The notes under the pieces are model-generated. The model made no database searches, was not told the origin of the DNA, and saw nothing but the letters and a program-made list of their open reading frames with translations. The translations under genes and the position numbers were made by a program. A stretch of 55,615 nt of DNA, the filler included, from Basidiobolus ranarum (taxonomy: Eukaryota): NCBI GenBank assembly GCA_040143965.1. It is 4 parts of 4 records of this genome, joined end to end, with 100 filler letters (N's around TTAATTAATTAA, not from the genome) between each part and the next. Parts side by side here need not be neighbours in the genome. Positions count along the whole stretch, not along the records: positions 41,813 to 55,615 come from JASJQH010007334.1; 3 more parts are not named here. One strand, given 5' to 3'. Positions within the stretch are counted from its first letter, which is position 1. Each line of letters starts with the position of its first letter. Positions 51,053 through 55,615 of the stretch are shown here, one piece after another.

Positions 51053-51670
51053 ACTGTTTTACCATTTGATTTATCTGTTTAATTTTGTTTCCATCTTAAT
51101 ATTCTTTCTACTACTTCTCGACCCGATTTACATCCTAGCTACATCTTGAGCCCCACGCGTTTCCCTGTTGCCCTTGCTTTGCCAATTTAACACCAGAGTA
51201 ATTGCATTTCCATCTTCTTGAATAGGTTGCTACCACGCAAACCTCAACCACCACTGTAACTTTGATCTGAATAATTACTATATCAGAAACCACTAATCCT
51301 CACTGAGTAAAGTAGAACTCTGTAAAATACAGCATCATTGGTTTAGTTACTTTATTTGTTAATATCAACATCTGGATTTTCACTCTATTTTTAGCTAACT
51401 TACCGTATTCGCGGATTTGTGGCGATCGAAATAGATGTTGACAAAACAACACGTTTTCTCAGAATGTTTCCATATAAGGGGATCTATTTTGAACCACCAG
51501 ATATGGTCAATTCTACTCGATAATCTGTAGAATTCTAAAAGTCATTTGAGGTATCATTTGACATATTGGGATCGCGAATTCCCGACTATAATTACCTTGA
51601 ATTTCACTTCATGTATCATTACTTTCAAATCAGTTTTCTTTGCGCTTTTTTCTAGTCGTTATATTCTATT

Positions 51671-53071
51671 ATGGGCTCTCACAACAGGTACAGACATGGA
51701 AGAGATTGCTACAGCGAAGATGCAGATCTCATACTTCCTGTTGAAGAGAATTCAGGTCGCTTTAGCTACAGAAAAAATCGCCCCGTCGAGCAATATACTC
51801 GCCAGATACGCACATACGATTATCAAATAGAGAAAACCGCTCCCTCGCAAGTTATAAAAATACCACCACCGCAACCTGGGTTTCTCGGTAGTATCCCTAC
51901 AGGACAGAATGATTACCCTCCCTCGACACCTTACGAACATTATTTAAATACATCACCGTCACCACCTCTACCAGTACAAGAAATGTATACCATACCGCAG
52001 CTTGATTCGAAACAAGACATGGTGCAGGAACAGTCATTTAAAAGAAAACATTGGAGACCTTGGTTCATTAGAACTGTTAGTTTGGCACAGCTAGTACTGG
52101 TGATCTATTCACTCTATAGAAACTCGCAATTGACGGGTAGTTGGATTCAAACATCTCCATATTTTAATTGGCTTATCGGTCCAGCACCAGAGGTTCCAAA
52201 AGATTATTGTTCACTATCAATTCATGGTCACACTTACTTACTGTTCTTTTATTACTAGACTTTAATTAATATTGGTGCCCGCTATGTTCCTTGTATGCGT
52301 TCCACTGGGATACTAGGTCAGCCAATTATGTGCAATAGTATGGATACTTGTAACTTGGAAAAGCTATGTGGATTTGGGGGCTTCAAGGGAGGGGATCCCA
52401 ATCAATGGTTCAGGTTTATAGTACCAGTGTTCTTGCACGGCGGAGTTATCCATTATCTTGCCAACATGACGTTCCAGCTTACCAGTGGAGCACAGATGGA
52501 GCGTGAAATGGGACCATTCAGAATGGCATTACTCTACATGAGCTCTGGGATAGGTGGGCTAATCTTTGGTGGTAACTTTGCCCCACAAAGACTACGTAAG
52601 TTTATGGAATGTGTGTGAAGGATACAACAGATATTAACAATATATTTACATTGTGTAGCTTCTGTTGGTGCTTCAGGAGCTTTGTTTGGTCTTATCGGTT
52701 GCCAACTAGTAAATCTGATTCAACATTGGAAATCGTTTCGTAGTCCTTGCTGTGAACTAATCAAGATTATCTTGGTAGTGTTGATTAACTTCGCCATCGG
52801 GTTATTGCCAAATATTGATAACTTCGCTCACATTGGTGGCTTCATATGTGGAATTTTCATTGCTTTGCTGGTACTCCCCACTGCTCATACCTCTTCTTGG
52901 GGTAAGTGGGTCAAGCGATTCCTAATGGTTCTAGGCTTAGGGGTCGTAGTCGCACTATATTGCGTAGGATTGAAATTCTTTTACAGTGGAGAAAACCCTA
53001 ACAAATACTGCCCGTGGTGTAAATATTTAAGTTGCTTACCTATCCAAGGCTGGTGTGATACGCTATACTAG
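51671..53071 (+). CDS. Rhomboid-family intramembrane serine protease, 3 exons
   Basis: IGPAPE|TLINIGARYVPCM, PNQWFRFIVPVFLHGGVIH, SVGASGALFG, IDNFAHIGGF, CPWCKYLSCLP. Confidence 0.92.
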
Positions 53072-53306
53072 TCTCTATATAGTAGCATCATGGTTATTTT
53101 GTAAATATTTGGAAATCTTCCACTCGATATATATATTAATTTGATAAATAATTACTCTAAAAATGATATGCCTTGCATTGCTTTGTTGATCCAAGTGTGT
53201 TCCTGTAGTTGACGCATTTGAGATAATATTAAGAAAACATGGCCAACGGAATATAAGATCCCATTTACTTCGAATATTCCTCATTCATATCATTAACTCT
53301 TCAATC

Positions 53307-53947
53307 ATGAAATTCTTCTTCTTATACGCACTTGTCGCATTATCTTCAGTAACTACACAAAATACATCCATGCCTGCCAAAGGTAAATAGATTCCATCCT
53401 AATCTTGTGATCTGTATCTAAATCTTAGTCCATTCCCCCAGAGTGTCTAGCCAAATGTGATCAGAGTAATGCTTTATGGGTTACCTGTGCTGCCGAGTGT
53501 GTTGGTGTGCCACATCCAACTAACAAAGATGGTATGTTCGTTACATGATCATTTATCGTAACCAGGATTTACTAACTCTTTGTTATCAACGTAGTACAAG
53601 AGACAAAAGACTGCTTTAATAAGTGTAGCAAGAATGACGGGAATTGTCAGAACAACTGTATCAAAACCCATTTCATTGGTAATAACTCTGACAATCAATC
53701 TCCTGATAATTCCAATGCTAGTCCTATAATCAGTGGATCTAGAACTATAGCCAAACCCACTGGTACTAATGGATCGTCCACTAATATTTCGAGTCAGACT
53801 ACGACAACTGGAGCTTCTGATATAGCAACTTCAACCGGAGCAAATAGGTCACCTTCAGTCACCGCACAGAATGGGTCAATCAAAAATGATGTCTCTATTG
53901 TGGCTATAGGAATGCTCATGGGAAGCCTGGTTTGGACTCAAAGCTAA
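53307..53947 (+). CDS. Small secreted 8-Cys, S/T-rich, probably GPI-anchored protein (copy 1), 3 exons
   Basis: Not in the ORF track. MKFFFLYALVALSSV...|ECLAKCDQSNALWVTCAAECVGVPHPTNKD|VQETKDCFNKCSKNDGNCQNNCIKTHF, then an S/T/N stalk and a hydrophobic tail. Confidence 0.8.
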
Positions 53948-54560
53948 GCAACCGGAGCTACTGTTGCCTATCTACAAACAATCTACAGATAACCTATTAT
54001 ATTCCCATTTATTCACTTACCCGTAGTCAATTGAATGCGAATTAGTTTCTATTCCCAGTTATATACTTTAGAAAGTCCACTTTCGAGAAGGGAAGTGACG
54101 TACATCTCAATAAAGATATCTCCAAATACACGTGTCTGATGTAATAGAAATATGGGGAAAATCCAGTTTACCCTAATTCCATCCAATTGTCCCAAATATC
54201 TAAAATAATGTTCAGTCACTCTTACATCTGATCTGATCAAATTGAGTCAATTGCAATCGAATGTGCATACTTGAACTCGTGCTGTAGAGAAATTGCATGA
54301 TGGTTGTGGATGTACCAGATGATATTCAGGTATGGAGTGACTACTTGCACTTGATATTGTGCTGGAAAGTTAAATGTGTGGAGATTCACACCTCAGTATA
54401 TTGATTTGCATTCCTTGTTTGAATCCTATTCTTGAATCGGGTATAAAGTAAGCGACGAAGCAGAACTTAGTTACAATAACAATCATCACTTTGACTATTT
54501 CAACTAGAAGTCAAACAACTCTTTGTCATTTACCTCCAACTCATCTCAACCAATTCAAAC

Positions 54561-55251
54561 ATGAAATCAATCTTTATCATTGCTCTTACTACCTTTTCTT
54601 TAGTAGCCGCACAAGTAGATAATTTTGAGATTCAAGGTAAGTGTAGATAAATGAACTGAGTTGTAAGGAAATAATGACCAAGTGGAAATCTGTTACAGAA
54701 TGTCTATCCCACTGTGACCAGGAGAGCCCACAATGGGTAGCTTGCGCATCGGAATGTGTCGGGCTACCCCACCCCGATAATATTAACAATGACGGTTTGT
54801 CCCTTATATCTATAATGCCATCATATTCTATCGAGATTCATTTCATTTGAATGTAGAAAACGCCATGAAGAAATGTGTCAATGATTGCCAATCGGATGAT
54901 ACTGACTGTGAGAATACGTGTATTAGTAGTCACTCTGAAGATGGTAATATTGAGAGTGAACAATCCAGTGAAACTCCAACAAGTGTTACAAGTACTAGTG
55001 AGACTAACCAAGAGTCCATTACTTCCTCGGAGTTGGCTACTCAGACAAGTGCTGCTACTCAAACAAGCACTACTGCTAGTCAGAGTACCAACTCAATGAA
55101 TACTATTGCCTCATCTCCAACACCCTCAACTCGAGTTGGCCGTAATCCTGTACCTTTCGTGCCACAGCTTAATGAATCCTTCGAGATACGAGCTTCGCTA
55201 AGTGCCATAACCTTAGCAATAACAGTAACTCTAAGATATTGGGTCCTTTAA
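54561..55251 (+). CDS. Small secreted 8-Cys, S/T-rich, probably GPI-anchored protein (copy 2), 3 exons
   Basis: MKSIFIIALTTFSLVAA...|ECLSHCDQESPQWVACASECVGLPHPD...|NAMKKCVNDCQSDDTDCENTCISSH; intron positions equivalent to copy 1. Confidence 0.8.
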
Positions 55252-55615
55252 TCGAGATATTGGGAATTCATTTGTAAACTCAGAACAAACACATGCACAA
55301 TTTCGCATATATGCACAAACATCACAATATATGCTCAATCATGAAATAAATATGACTAGACAGTATCCATCAACTATCCATCCTATCCTACCCAACTTAA
55401 CTAACCTTAACTATGTCATTTTAAGAAAATGGTTGTGGGAGTGCTAGAAGTTTGAAATCAGAAGTATCTCATCGTAACTAAAACAATATCTAATCTATCA
55501 TTGAGCCAATTGTTAAAGGAGATTCTCAAACATGTTGACTTGTGCCTTAACTGATGTTGAGCTACTCTCTATAAATACTGAATCTCGGTACATGGATAGA
55601 GCAGTTCATTCACCA

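Overview
Eukaryotic DNA with short GT-AG introns, from an early-diverging fungus (Zoopagomycota/Mucoromycota-like; Basidiobolus is a guess, not demonstrated). The window is four unrelated contigs of decreasing length (13848, 13841, 13823, 13803 bp) joined by artificial 100-nt N/TTAATTAATTAA linkers, so there is no synteny across 13849-13948, 27790-27889 or 41713-41812. It holds about 25 protein genes: TLDc, DUF1647-like, HExxH peptidase, FN2-TM-SH3 receptor-like protein, METTL25-like, ornithine cyclodeaminase, Kin1 KA1 tail, nitronate monooxygenase, acylpeptide hydrolase, PP2C, dual-PAS, two small paralogs, CCP1, ADK1, CBP3, NUXM, forkhead, kexin-prodomain ORF, MCM7, RPS6, CUL3, Rom2-like RhoGEF, rhomboid and two Cys-rich GPI proteins. 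The most striking object is a 233-bp insertion (4874-5106) with an exact 11-bp target-site duplication inside the last codons of a host gene. It consists only of the 3' end of a Fanzor (eukaryotic TnpB) gene plus a terminal hairpin, so it looks like a mobilised omegaRNA-sized module. Also notable are a fibronectin type II-TM-SH3 protein, a disabled intronless MCM7, an acylpeptide hydrolase with one in-frame TAA, a stand-alone kexin propeptide, and a CpG-depleted long inverted-repeat element.
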